A stretch of DNA of 64,000 nt from contig JBAZCF010000006.1 of assembly GCA_041671045.1 (NCBI GenBank), positions 19,290-83,289 of the forward strand, in the 5' to 3' direction. Position numbers and translations under genes: made by a program. Below, piece by piece: positions 36,319 through 46,282 of the stretch (its first letter is position 1; every line of letters starts with the position of its first letter). Under the pieces are notes generated by a model, which worked only from the letters and a program-made list of their open reading frames with translations, was not told the DNA's origin and did not search any database. The DNA comes from Parachlamydiales bacterium. Its GTDB lineage: Bacteria > Chlamydiota > Chlamydiia > Chlamydiales > JABDDJ01.

Positions 36319-39222
36319 AATTTCGGAAGGGTACATCTTTTCAACAAGAAGATTCAGTCCCGAAATATGCTTTTTGAGACCTTCCAAAGTGTTTTTGTAG
36401 TCATTATCTATACAATATTCAATAATCTGCTCTAACTGATGATGAATTTTGAGAGTTCTGGAAGGTTGAAGCTGCATTTTCCAATAGAGTTTACAAAGAT
36501 CTGTTTGCAGTTGGACATCAGATTCGATTTCTACTTTTGCAGCCATGTTCATAGGAAAAAGAAAGTAGACTAACCACTCCTTTACAAAGAAGAACTGGCT
36601 TAGTTGAGAGAGGATATTATGTCCGATTTTACCCTTTTTATCTAAGGGAGCTAGAATATCTTTCAGCGTTTTACCATCTGAATACGGCGTATGTAAGTAT
36701 TGGAGCCATTGCTGATGTGGAATCAAGTGAGAAACCTCGCATAGGACTCTCCACACACCCACTGCGCTGTCCCAATTTGCGGCTTCATCCTCTAAGATTT
36801 TGTTAACAATTTCTTCAACAACTCCCCTTAAATATGTTTTGAAATCGGGACAGAGAATCAACCAAGCTTGGAAGAAAATTTTTGTTTCATACTCAATAAT
36901 AGAATGCAGGATATCAAAATCAAATGTGTTAGATTTGATCAGGTGATAAATCTTTGTTAAGTATCCATCGGCAAGTGGTTCAGGATCAATCTTTAAACTA
37001 GCGGCTTTTATTAGATGGATTTTGAGTTTCAATACTTCCAACCATTGTTGAGAACGTAGCTTTTCCAGTTTAGTTACCGAGGCAAGATCTAACTCTAACG
37101 CTGACCTAGTATTTTCAATGATTGATTTAAGACCGTCTACTGTTTCAGGCACAGCCATTGACTGAGCATATAGTTCAGAATAGTTTTGTTTGAAGTACTC
37201 CAGGACAGGAAGAGCATTCTGAGATGAGAAATGAAGCAAAGAAATGCCCTTTTCGCCCTTCAATAAAAGACTTTCAGGATTGAGGTCAACGATATATTTA
37301 AGCACCCCATACCACTCTTCTTTAATGGCAATAAAAAAGAGGGTTACGCGACGTGCAGAATTATTCACATTATACTCAATGATATTCTTACTATACTCCG
37401 GATATTTCTTAAGGAGGTATAATGCCTTTTCTTCATTCATGCATTCTAAAGTGAATAGATAGCCCGCCTTCTCATTGCTGCAAAGCGGCAGCATTTGGTC
37501 GAGAAGATCAAACTGTTCAGCTTTCAATACCTGGGTGAAATCTAAAGAATTAAAAATGTCTTGTTGTTCATCAAGATTTAAAAATAGCGCGTTAAAATGG
37601 AACAGCCAAAGTTTATATTTAGATTCATCGGTAATTAAAGGAGATTCGAATAAGTCGGAATGGGCAATAGCTATTTCGTTCCAACCAAACTTCTTCGCAA
37701 AATCTTCAACAAAAACCTCAATTTCTTTTTTGAACAATGCTAAGAAGGTTTGATTACTATTTTCTTTAAGAAAGCTCCAGAAATTTTTACCTTCAAATAA
37801 TGTAGAGTTAAGTTCGCAAGCATTAGCGAGTGAGCAGAAGGAATATGCAGCAATTTTAGCATCCCCTAAGTTAACCGCATCAGCATTATCTAACTTGACT
37901 GTATCCGCATCATCAAATTCATCTGCAACAGTATTCCCTGATTTAACACCCTCTTCATCCCTATTTGCAGATTTATTTCTGACTATATCTATAAGAGTCC
38001 TTACTTCTTTGCCTGCATCAAAAGCCATTGTGCTTAGGGAGTGTACTTCTTCCAAACCTTCGGATAGCATTGAGAGTATTTCAGGGCCAAAGTTGAAGAG
38101 GGTTAGCTTTGAAATAAATTTCTTCCGAACTGATTCCGATGTGAAATCTACATTCTCTTTGAGTCCACGGATAAAGTGATCTCTAGCTGTATACAGCCCT
38201 GAAACATGGGTATATTTTATTAATGACAAGTATATAATATCAGCATAATGGAGGAGTTTTCTGAAATCAGAGTACTGAAAATTGAAGATCTCAAAATAAG
38301 TTAAAATGGTTTTAAGAGGAGTTTCAGAACTACCCCAACCGTCTTCCGTCGCAATTTCATTTCTGTAACCTCTTTTAATATTCTCTAAAAGGGTTTTATC
38401 CTCTTTCTCTTCACTCTGCAATAGATATGCGATCACATGGCGGTACTGATTAGCATTCGTTAGATTACGTTCCTCAAGAAGAGGTGCATTAAGTACCCTT
38501 ATGTATCTTTTATCCCCTTGATTTTTCAAGTGGTGAAAAAAAAAGCTAAGGATAGTTAAAGAAGCATCTTCAGGAAGAATAAGATCTACATATTCAAGTT
38601 TAGAAGCAAGATGGTCTGCTAGTATCCTCGTTTTTTCAATTGAGATGTAATCAAACTGTCTAAAAAGTGCTTCGAATACTCCCACTCTGAAATCCAAATC
38701 TACAGCATTAAAAAATTCGCTCGATAAAAGAGTCTTTAGCTGTGTGTCGGATCCTATCTTACATACTTGAAATATGAGTTCGGGCAGATAATCTGAATTT
38801 TCATGTGCTAATAATAATAGAGACTCCAGGCCTAAATTTTGGTTCTTGGAAATTTCCTTATAAAAATCGCTTAAATACAAGTTAAGGGTGCTTTGCAATC
38901 CTTCAAGTTGAGTTTTCAAAGCCCCTTCAATAGAAATAGTGTTAGATAAAGTGTGGGTTTTTGCAAGAAAACGTGTAAGTTTTTCCTTACTTAAAGGAGC
39001 TGTTTTTTCTATTCTTATATTCCAACGTTGGAGAATGGCGGAGGAGATGTTTTGTTCTGTAAAGAGAAATTGGTTAGTTTTTACTGAAAGGTAAATTCTC
39101 TTTGCAAACTTATATAAGACTGAAGGAAGGTTAAAAAATAGTTGAAAGCGACTGTTAGAGACTGGAAAAAACAGAGAAATTAACTCAGAACTTTTATTAT
39201 TAACAAGATCAACTTTCGACAT
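36256..39222 (-). CDS. Large hypothetical protein (988 aa), AT-rich, helical
   Basis: Long uninterrupted ORF with no signal peptide or TM. No confident motif was recognised. Its 3-prime end overlaps the convergent M50 fusion gene by 63 nt. Confidence 0.6.
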   Translation of the reverse strand: MSKVDLVNNKSSELISLFFPVSNSRFQLFFNLPSVLYKFAKRIYLSVKTNQFLFTEQNISSAILQRWNIRIEKTAPLSKEKLTRFLAKTHTLSNTISIEGALKTQLEGLQSTLNLYLSDFYKEISKNQNLGLESLLLLAHENSDYLPELIFQVCKIGSDTQLKTLLSSEFFNAVDLDFRVGVFEALFRQFDYISIEKTRILADHLASKLEYVDLILPEDASLTILSFFFHHLKNQGDKRYIRVLNAPLLEERNLTNANQYRHVIAYLLQSEEKEDKTLLENIKRGYRNEIATEDGWGSSETPLKTILTYFEIFNFQYSDFRKLLHYADIIYLSLIKYTHVSGLYTARDHFIRGLKENVDFTSESVRKKFISKLTLFNFGPEILSMLSEGLEEVHSLSTMAFDAGKEVRTLIDIVRNKSANRDEEGVKSGNTVADEFDDADTVKLDNADAVNLGDAKIAAYSFCSLANACELNSTLFEGKNFWSFLKENSNQTFLALFKKEIEVFVEDFAKKFGWNEIAIAHSDLFESPLITDESKYKLWLFHFNALFLNLDEQQDIFNSLDFTQVLKAEQFDLLDQMLPLCSNEKAGYLFTLECMNEEKALYLLKKYPEYSKNIIEYNVNNSARRVTLFFIAIKEEWYGVLKYIVDLNPESLLLKGEKGISLLHFSSQNALPVLEYFKQNYSELYAQSMAVPETVDGLKSIIENTRSALELDLASVTKLEKLRSQQWLEVLKLKIHLIKAASLKIDPEPLADGYLTKIYHLIKSNTFDFDILHSIIEYETKIFFQAWLILCPDFKTYLRGVVEEIVNKILEDEAANWDSAVGVWRVLCEVSHLIPHQQWLQYLHTPYSDGKTLKDILAPLDKKGKIGHNILSQLSQFFFVKEWLVYFLFPMNMAAKVEIESDVQLQTDLCKLYWKMQLQPSRTLKIHHQLEQIIEYCIDNDYKNTLEGLKKHISGLNLLVEKMYPSEILESALTHNNAADLLDPVIEE

Positions 39223-39282
39223 AATTATTCCTAATTCTAAGGAACTAAATATATCTACTGATTACTTAAAATAAAAGTACTA

Positions 39283-40230
39283 TTACCAAGGAATTTCGGG
39301 TGAAATCTTCCCGCGATGCGTGGACTTCCAGGCATCTTTATAGAGATTGAGAAGTAATATCGTCTCCTCATATTTAAGTTTGTTGGTCCAATTTTTCAGA
39401 AGCCGCAGATATTGCCATCCATTTTCCAGCAGATATGAAGACCAAGCTCCTAACCTTCCATAATGCTTTCTATAATAGAGGTATGTGCTTTGAAAACGCC
39501 ATAGGCCTACTTGTCGTGCTGCAGTAATATGCTTCCCCTCGATAGCTTGCAGGGAAGCGCTTCCCAAATGAATAGAAGTCAGATCCTGCCAATAGCGGAT
39601 GGTGCCATACTGTTCCTTAAGGGTGCGGCAAAGATCCACCTCCTCGAAATACATGAAAAAGCGTTCATCAAATCCGGCGCACGCCATCAGCAGATTTCTA
39701 CGAATTATGACAAACGCACCAGGAACCCAATCAGGATAAGGACATTGCTCGTAGGAATGATTTTTAAATAAGCCTATACGCTGGACTAGGTCACGCCAGG
39801 GTGTGGGAAAAAAGCGGCTGGAAATTTGCGGTCTACCCTCTCCACTCATCAGCTGTATACCTCCGGCAGCGACTCCTCTCTCCCTTTCCATGCGCTTTAA
39901 TGCTTCCTTTAGCACTCCGTTATGCAAAAGAAGGTCGCTGTTGATAAGTACTACGTAAGTACCTGTAGCGTGCTGAAATGCCAGATTATTCGCTGCAGCA
40001 AAACCTAAATTTATGGGTGAAAGTATGAGGGTGAATTGTGGAAATTCGTTTTTAACCATATCAGCGCTATCGTCAGTGGAGGCATTATCCACTAGGATGA
40101 CCTCGGCTGAAAGATCTTCAATTTCTGAAGCTACCCTCTTCAAACATTGGTAAAGGATATTACTGGTATTAAACGAGATGATGACAATGGAAAGGACTGG
40201 GATATTGTTCGTACCGGATCTGGCAGACAT
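39283..40230 (-). CDS. Glycosyltransferase family 2 (rhamnosyltransferase/WbbL-like type)
   Basis: LSIVIISFNTSNIL...VILVDNASTDDS, LINSDLLL (DxD-like) and GAFVIIRR. Confidence 0.75.
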   Translation of the reverse strand: MSARSGTNNIPVLSIVIISFNTSNILYQCLKRVASEIEDLSAEVILVDNASTDDSADMVKNEFPQFTLILSPINLGFAAANNLAFQHATGTYVVLINSDLLLHNGVLKEALKRMERERGVAAGGIQLMSGEGRPQISSRFFPTPWRDLVQRIGLFKNHSYEQCPYPDWVPGAFVIIRRNLLMACAGFDERFFMYFEEVDLCRTLKEQYGTIRYWQDLTSIHLGSASLQAIEGKHITAARQVGLWRFQSTYLYYRKHYGRLGAWSSYLLENGWQYLRLLKNWTNKLKYEETILLLNLYKDAWKSTHRGKISPEIPW

Positions 40231-40284
40231 AGGGAACTCGATTTTCTTGCAAAATTGCAGTTTCTACTATTTATTTCAATCCAC

Positions 40285-41421
40285 TTATTTCTTATCCCTA
40301 TCGGTACGCACCCATTCCGCATCGGATTTGGCGGCTTTAAAAATATCTTTAAGCAATGTGAGTTTCCATAGAATATAAAAAGGGGCTGAAGCAAGAACCC
40401 AAAGATCTGAAAGCTGCCCTTTCAATGCGATGGACGTTAAAATGTGCAATGCTAAAAGTAGAAATGAGAATATTGCCGCGGTAGGCCAAAAGAAAGCTAG
40501 TGGAATAAGCAAAAGCGCATAATAAGCTAAAGGAAGAGATGTCAACTCGAAAAGTGGTTCTAAAGTATGCCAGTTTCCATGAAAAGTTTCTTCCACTAAC
40601 CTAGGAAAAAGCTCCCTAGCAACTCTTAGCCGTCCCCCTTCCCACCGTGCTCTTTGTGTCGCTGCACCTTTTCCTTGTATAGGGGCTGAGGCATAAGCGG
40701 CTGTCTCGTCGCAAAAGAAAACCTGTATTTTAGCTTGGACCAGCGCGCAGTGGTACCATAGATCTTCTGCTATAGCATGAGTATCAAAAGGCACTTGCAG
40801 CAGGACAGAGCGATGAAGGGCAAAACCTAAACCTAGTATGCCGCAGGATAGGCCTAAACGCGAGCGTCCTCTAGGCCTGAGGTAGTTCATAGAGTAGAAA
40901 GCCACCCGCATAAGTTTTTGGCGCCAATGAGATGCGGATTTATCCATTCCGTAATAGGCCTGTATTGCAGATACACCTTTTTGCGCATATGCTTGTAAGG
41001 AGGCTATGAAGTTCGGTTCCACAATACAGTCTGCATCTAACACAACAAACCAATCGAAATCTTCTTTAAGAAGAATATCAAAGGCATAATGCAAAGCCTT
41101 ATTTTTACCTCTATTCAGAGTATCGATCCTTTCAATCACTCTATAACCCATTTTTCTTGAGATCTCTGCTGTTGCATCATTGCAATTGTCTGCAATAACG
41201 ATTACCTCTGCCTGAATTGCATTAGCCTTTAAGCTATGAAGCAGATGTGCAATTTGTGTTTCTTCATTATGGGCTGGAATAACAATGACCCATTTACCTT
41301 CCAGAGGCTCTTTTTGAGCAATATTCCTGCGTGGCAGCAGCGCCCCTATAGTCACAATAAGGAGTTCTACTGTTGTAGGCAGAAGGATTAGAAAGATTAA
41401 CCAGCCCATTAGATCGCTCAT
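40285..41421 (-). CDS. Membrane-embedded glycosyltransferase family 2 with Q-R-x-R-W motif (synthase-like)
   Basis: N-terminal TM, VIVIPAHNEE, VVLDADC, QRARWEGG, then C-terminal TM helices. This resembles PgaC/cellulose-synthase-type GT2 topology. Confidence 0.7.
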   Translation of the reverse strand: MSDLMGWLIFLILLPTTVELLIVTIGALLPRRNIAQKEPLEGKWVIVIPAHNEETQIAHLLHSLKANAIQAEVIVIADNCNDATAEISRKMGYRVIERIDTLNRGKNKALHYAFDILLKEDFDWFVVLDADCIVEPNFIASLQAYAQKGVSAIQAYYGMDKSASHWRQKLMRVAFYSMNYLRPRGRSRLGLSCGILGLGFALHRSVLLQVPFDTHAIAEDLWYHCALVQAKIQVFFCDETAAYASAPIQGKGAATQRARWEGGRLRVARELFPRLVEETFHGNWHTLEPLFELTSLPLAYYALLLIPLAFFWPTAAIFSFLLLALHILTSIALKGQLSDLWVLASAPFYILWKLTLLKDIFKAAKSDAEWVRTDRDKK

Positions 41422-43631
41422 TAGGGTGAAGGGGTGCCGGGACTTAAGATGACAAAACCATAGGAAGGGAGGGTGAAAGTCACATCCCTTTCCGTAATTT
41501 GCGTAGGAGCGGACCCAAAGGTTACGTCTTGAGCGTCCTCATTGGTTGAAATCGGGCTGGTACTTTGCAGCCAAATTGCTAATTTAGGTAGCGTATTACT
41601 ATCGTAGGGAAATTCTATAGTCACCGTTTGCGGCTCATCATTTCCATTGGTCGCTGCTGCAGTCCATTGTGTACCGTATTGGAAGGCACCGATGACAATT
41701 TTCTGGGCCTGCGGCTGCTTGTCTATTGTTTTAAGATTTGTACGGAACATTTTACCCCCAATGACATAATTAAGCATCATCACAGCCATTCCTGTAGGAC
41801 GCATTCTTTTGGTTGTGATGATATCCCGCATAAGGCCCCAAAGGTTTACATAGTCTTGGATTTCGGCCAGAAAATAACCATACTGGGCAAAATTGGAAGC
41901 CATGATAGGATTGTATCCTAAAAGCATGGCATTGAGGATATTCTGTGCTAAAGCCGCTCCGGCTGCTTGTCCTGAGACGTAGCTGTTTCGTTCTTTAGCG
42001 GGCAGATTACCCAATGTTGTATGCATGTTTATTTCGTAAATGGACAGTTCCTTGCCGTGATTTTTGGCGACTTCTGCGTTTCCGGTCATTTGTCCATATT
42101 CAGGGGCGAATAGGTCTTCCAAGATTTTCTTTTGGTTCATCCCCTGTTCAAGGTAATAGAAGTAATAGGGTGCGGTAGACATCATATCGAAATTCTTCGC
42201 ATTCAGCATGTACTGGTCAGACACCCAGGGATTGGCGTCTTGTCCATTCAGAACCTTTTTAAGCGGAGTTTGAGCACCCGCACTGTCTTCAATGAGTCTA
42301 AAAGCCCTATCGGATACTTGTCCATGAACGTCGTAATAAGGAATACCTAAGGGACGGAAAACCCAGTTCCAATTTTCATTGCCGAATTCGATGATGATGG
42401 AGCTGAAGTTATACTTCTGATTAGCCTGTGCTAGATATTCTCCAAAAGCTTTGTATTCGCTGTCGTTCCAAGTGACTGGAACGATGATCCAAGGGTTTGC
42501 CCCTATATCTTTAGAGAGGGACAGATGATCCTCGATCGAAAAGCTAAAAGATGGCTGGGGATTGCTACCTGCAATATGCATCATCCAAGTACGTCTTGCA
42601 GATAAGGGGGCGATCCTATTTTCAAAAGAGTCGCCTAACGGACCGCTATCCCGAAGGAATGAGGGGTGAAAAAGGGTAAGGATATCGATGACTTCTTTTC
42701 GAAATGGAGAGTTCCCAGGCTGTACCTCACCAAGGGAAACGTCGTCAATCCAGATCGGAGTATTCCCATAGGCATTGATGCTTAATATAATCGTCGTAGG
42801 GGGGCCTGTATCCACAGGATTGAAGTTGACTATATATTGCTGCCATTCGGTATTAAGCTGTATTTTCTCCTCAAGATATGGCTGTGTTCCATTTAAGCGT
42901 AAGAACTTGATCTCAAGATGGTCGTTAGGATCCTGTGCTTTTGCCCAGATGGAAAAAGTCCAACGCCCATTGACAAGCAGCAACTTCCCTCCTTTGTCGC
43001 TCATAGAGTCAAAAAAGAATAGAACGCGCGCTGGATCATTTCCTCGGGGATCCATACGTAAAGACTGGTTACCTGCGGACCCTGGACGTTTGGTGCTTTT
43101 GTCTACATGGATGGTATCTTTTGAGTCTACCGGTATCCACCAGATAGGAACCGGATCTTTCTCTACCGTCAAGGTAACAACAATCATGTCTTTAGCATTT
43201 AAAGAAGGGAGAGGATTATCCACGAAAAACTGAGGAGCCCCTCCCAAACCTTCTTGTACATACTTTTTTATGGTTCCACGGGTACCGATATGGTCTCCGC
43301 TCCGTATTTCAAATTTAGCTCCATTCCAGTAGTTGTCCGGAAGCCCCCAGCCGCTATGGTCAGAAAAACTTTGAGCATTGCTTTGGGATACAAAGACAAT
43401 ACGCCTATCAATATAGCCTTCAAAGCCGGGGTTCTTTAGGATATTGCGCATGAAATGTCCTGAACCGGAAGTTGACCAATAACCCAGATTGATGCCTACC
43501 CTCCAGGGATGGACTTGTACAGGGAGAGGGTCTATTCCATAATGGATGCTCTGATCTTCTTGAGTTTGACCTAACAAAGGGGAAGACAAAAGAAGAAAAG
43601 TCAAAAATAAACTCTGGCAGTAACTTAGCAT
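41421..43631 (-). CDS. Secreted glycoside-hydrolase-like protein (clan GH-A TIM-barrel-like with N-terminal carbohydrate-binding-like domain)
   Basis: 736 aa with a signal peptide. NPGFEG is a CBM-like start, IIIEFGNENWNW a candidate acid/base GNE, and LSIYEINMHT a candidate nucleophile. This resembles the GH39/GH51/GH79 motif logic (PslG-type role). Confidence 0.4.
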   Translation of the reverse strand: MLSYCQSLFLTFLLLSSPLLGQTQEDQSIHYGIDPLPVQVHPWRVGINLGYWSTSGSGHFMRNILKNPGFEGYIDRRIVFVSQSNAQSFSDHSGWGLPDNYWNGAKFEIRSGDHIGTRGTIKKYVQEGLGGAPQFFVDNPLPSLNAKDMIVVTLTVEKDPVPIWWIPVDSKDTIHVDKSTKRPGSAGNQSLRMDPRGNDPARVLFFFDSMSDKGGKLLLVNGRWTFSIWAKAQDPNDHLEIKFLRLNGTQPYLEEKIQLNTEWQQYIVNFNPVDTGPPTTIILSINAYGNTPIWIDDVSLGEVQPGNSPFRKEVIDILTLFHPSFLRDSGPLGDSFENRIAPLSARRTWMMHIAGSNPQPSFSFSIEDHLSLSKDIGANPWIIVPVTWNDSEYKAFGEYLAQANQKYNFSSIIIEFGNENWNWVFRPLGIPYYDVHGQVSDRAFRLIEDSAGAQTPLKKVLNGQDANPWVSDQYMLNAKNFDMMSTAPYYFYYLEQGMNQKKILEDLFAPEYGQMTGNAEVAKNHGKELSIYEINMHTTLGNLPAKERNSYVSGQAAGAALAQNILNAMLLGYNPIMASNFAQYGYFLAEIQDYVNLWGLMRDIITTKRMRPTGMAVMMLNYVIGGKMFRTNLKTIDKQPQAQKIVIGAFQYGTQWTAAATNGNDEPQTVTIEFPYDSNTLPKLAIWLQSTSPISTNEDAQDVTFGSAPTQITERDVTFTLPSYGFVILSPGTPSP

Positions 43632-43632
43632 A

Positions 43633-44850
43633 TTAAAATAGGCTGCTTAATGTTTTTGTGTTTTTCTCTAAATTATATTCATCCTCTATTCGCTGCCGTC
43701 CTGATTGAACAATTTTCTGTTGCAGCTCAGCATTCTCGGAGAGATGCGCTATTGCATTCTGTAAACTAATAACATCTGAGGGGGCTACAAGGATTCCGTC
43801 AATCCCATTTCTGATCAGTTCCGGCGTGCCATTGATCCATGTGCTGATGCAAGGAATTTTCATGGCCATAGCCTCCATCAGAACAATAGGGATGCCTTCG
43901 GCAAACGTAGCCAGAACAAATAAATCTGCATGCTGCATATGTTTTAAAGTTTCATGATGGGATAAAGGCCCTTTGAAGCGTATTTCATCCACCACATCTA
44001 AGCGCATAGCAAGCTCCTCAAGTTCAGCCCTTTCAGGCCCGCTTCCTATCAAAGTCAGCTCAAAAAATTTTCCCTGTTCCTTAAGGTTTGCAATAGCTTG
44101 AATTAGGATAGAGAATCCCTTTACTGGAACTAATCGACCTACGGTAACAATTTGTTTTCTTGGGTTGTTGCTCTTTTCATGGGTTGAAGGCAAAGGAGTA
44201 ATTTTGCTCACGTCCACACCCATACGGACTATATGCAGCTTTTCCCATTCTGTGATTTTGAGATGCTTCAATATCTGGCTTTGAGAATAAAAGCTGATGC
44301 ACCGAATCCAATCGGCATCTTGAACCTTGATAGGCAGGCCTTCCATTGTCTCATCATAGAAGATATCCGGACCATGAATCGAAAGGGAAAGCTTAAAGGG
44401 TTGAAGGCGTTTTGCAATCATAGCCACCGTAGCAGCCACATTCCCGAAATAGGCATGTACTTGCTCGCTATTCTGAGCGCTAAACCAGCGTGCCAATAGC
44501 AGGGCTTCACCAAAATAGCCAAATAAGTATTTTATGCTCCGACGTGTTTGCCGTATATATTTCCATGTGAAGCTCAATGCTTGAAAAAAGCGTACAGGAT
44601 TGAAGATGAGGTATTGAAATAGAGCGTCAATGGCTGTAATGACACCCTTTTCTTTGATATAGAAAGTATTTTTTTCTTCTTCTCTGACTTCAATGCTTTT
44701 AGCCATCTCTTCGATATTGGAATTATTGATGGACGCCACCACAACTTTTTTACCCGCCTGGCGTAGAAAAGCAATTTCTTGCTGTATAAAGGTATGGGAT
44801 ACGGCAGGATAACAACTTATAACGTAAATGATAGTATTAGAATCTGACAC
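43633..44850 (-). CDS. Glycosyltransferase family 4 (GT-B, WcaL-like)
   Basis: GRLVPVKGF, LIGSGPERAELEE, and the EGIPIVLMEAMAMKIPCIST E-x7-E region. Confidence 0.8.
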   Translation of the reverse strand: MSDSNTIIYVISCYPAVSHTFIQQEIAFLRQAGKKVVVASINNSNIEEMAKSIEVREEEKNTFYIKEKGVITAIDALFQYLIFNPVRFFQALSFTWKYIRQTRRSIKYLFGYFGEALLLARWFSAQNSEQVHAYFGNVAATVAMIAKRLQPFKLSLSIHGPDIFYDETMEGLPIKVQDADWIRCISFYSQSQILKHLKITEWEKLHIVRMGVDVSKITPLPSTHEKSNNPRKQIVTVGRLVPVKGFSILIQAIANLKEQGKFFELTLIGSGPERAELEELAMRLDVVDEIRFKGPLSHHETLKHMQHADLFVLATFAEGIPIVLMEAMAMKIPCISTWINGTPELIRNGIDGILVAPSDVISLQNAIAHLSENAELQQKIVQSGRQRIEDEYNLEKNTKTLSSLF

Positions 44851-46282
44851 GTAATCTCCTACTAGGTCTATTTACAACCATAAAACCTTCCGCCCATCCC
44901 ATGAGTAGGAAAAACAAAGGTTGAATTTGTAAACCTAAAAAGACGGTAATAATTGAAACTGCAATAGCCACAATACATCCTAGTAATGTATAGCACAGGG
45001 ATTCTTCTATTCTTAGCTCATCATCAAAGCGCAATCCTTGTCTAGCTAAACGGACGCAAATCCAAAAAATGACAAATAGGAATGAAGCTAATCCTAATAA
45101 ACCATGTTTTAATATTAGAAAAAGATATTCATTATCCACAGATTGCAATGCTGCATCGTGCGGCCAGGTAGTATATCCCCAACCAAGAAATGGTTTTTGC
45201 TCTATAGCCTGGTAATAACTTTCAAATAACTTAGCCCTGTAAGCAGCGGTCGCCGTCATGTCAGGCGAGAGTGTGGCCGAAACCTCGGCATAATACCTAT
45301 AAACTATGTATCCAAATATCAGAGCTAAGAAAAAGGTTATAAGCCTCCAACCTAGAGCCCACGTATGACGACGGGAATATCCTGCTGTTGCAAATAATAT
45401 TCCTGAAGCAGCCCCCACGAGGGGGCCGCGGGAGATAGTCATCAGTAATCCTAAGAGGATGATGCCGGCAAAAAACCATCCTTTTGAAACTGGAATAGGG
45501 CTTGTCTCTACATTTAATTCCTTGTAACTGCTTCTTGGCACAAGCCACGCAAAGCTAAAAAGAAAGTTTAAACTTTTTATCCAGCGGTGGAAAAGCGTTT
45601 TAGGGATGGCGCGGTGCGAATGGCCCCATTGTCCGGTCCGTGTTAGCCAATAGTTGAGGATAAATCCAATAGAAAGTGCAATTCCAAAAAGAATAGTTTG
45701 TACAAAAGGTCCGCCGATACGCACCAAGCCATAACGATATAGTGTGGGCCAATCTTCTCCTTGACCCGGAAAGAAGGGCTTCATTACAGCGACAAAAGGA
45801 TTAGTGACAAAGCGCATTTCGTATAAGGAGATAATGACGCATATCACCAATAAAATAACGATACGAGAGGCATAAAGATCGCTTTTACCTTTGCGATGAA
45901 TTAAGGCTTTAGCTAACAGATAGGGAAAAGCTACTTTAAAGACCATGTCGATCAAAAGAATTAAGGATAGCCTTTCTTTCCCTTCAATATGTGCCGTATT
46001 GTAATGCTCCGAAACACAGCAGCAGAAAATAAAAAGAAAAATCCAAATGTCCATCCAGGACCAACTCCAAAAGCGGATGTATTTGACTGCACAAAAAATA
46101 GCAATGGGAAAAATAGCTGCAGAAGCCGTAGAGAGACTTGGAAGTCCGCTGATCTCACTGTAAAAAACCTGTGGTACAAGAATCAATACGGGCAGGTAAA
46201 CATTGCGGAAGGCGCTTTCATCCCCTTTAACGCATAAAACTATAATAGCGATGAGTGCCGGAAGGAATATCAGGAAGAACAT
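44837..46282 (-). CDS. Wzy / O-antigen ligase family polymerase
   Basis: 481 aa, polytopic. A Wzy_C-like block is present (LLMTISRGPLVGAASGILFATAGY), along with a large loop. Confidence 0.65.
   Translation of the reverse strand: MFFLIFLPALIAIIVLCVKGDESAFRNVYLPVLILVPQVFYSEISGLPSLSTASAAIFPIAIFCAVKYIRFWSWSWMDIWIFLFIFCCCVSEHYNTAHIEGKERLSLILLIDMVFKVAFPYLLAKALIHRKGKSDLYASRIVILLVICVIISLYEMRFVTNPFVAVMKPFFPGQGEDWPTLYRYGLVRIGGPFVQTILFGIALSIGFILNYWLTRTGQWGHSHRAIPKTLFHRWIKSLNFLFSFAWLVPRSSYKELNVETSPIPVSKGWFFAGIILLGLLMTISRGPLVGAASGILFATAGYSRRHTWALGWRLITFFLALIFGYIVYRYYAEVSATLSPDMTATAAYRAKLFESYYQAIEQKPFLGWGYTTWPHDAALQSVDNEYLFLILKHGLLGLASFLFVIFWICVRLARQGLRFDDELRIEESLCYTLLGCIVAIAVSIITVFLGLQIQPLFFLLMGWAEGFMVVNRPSRRLRVRF

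Noticed and set aside
36256-39222. Possible F-box (NLPSVLYKFAKRIYL) or ankyrin-like (GISLLHFSSQNALPVLEYF) motifs in the 988-aa protein
   Set aside because: The matches are too short and degenerate to call by eye. They would need a profile search.
40140-40394. Small ORFs spanning the GT2/GT2 junction (40140-40394 -, 40147-40371 +, 40178-40378 +)
   Set aside because: They overlap the ends of two well-supported glycosyltransferase genes and the 54-nt spacer between them. They have no motifs and no independent support.
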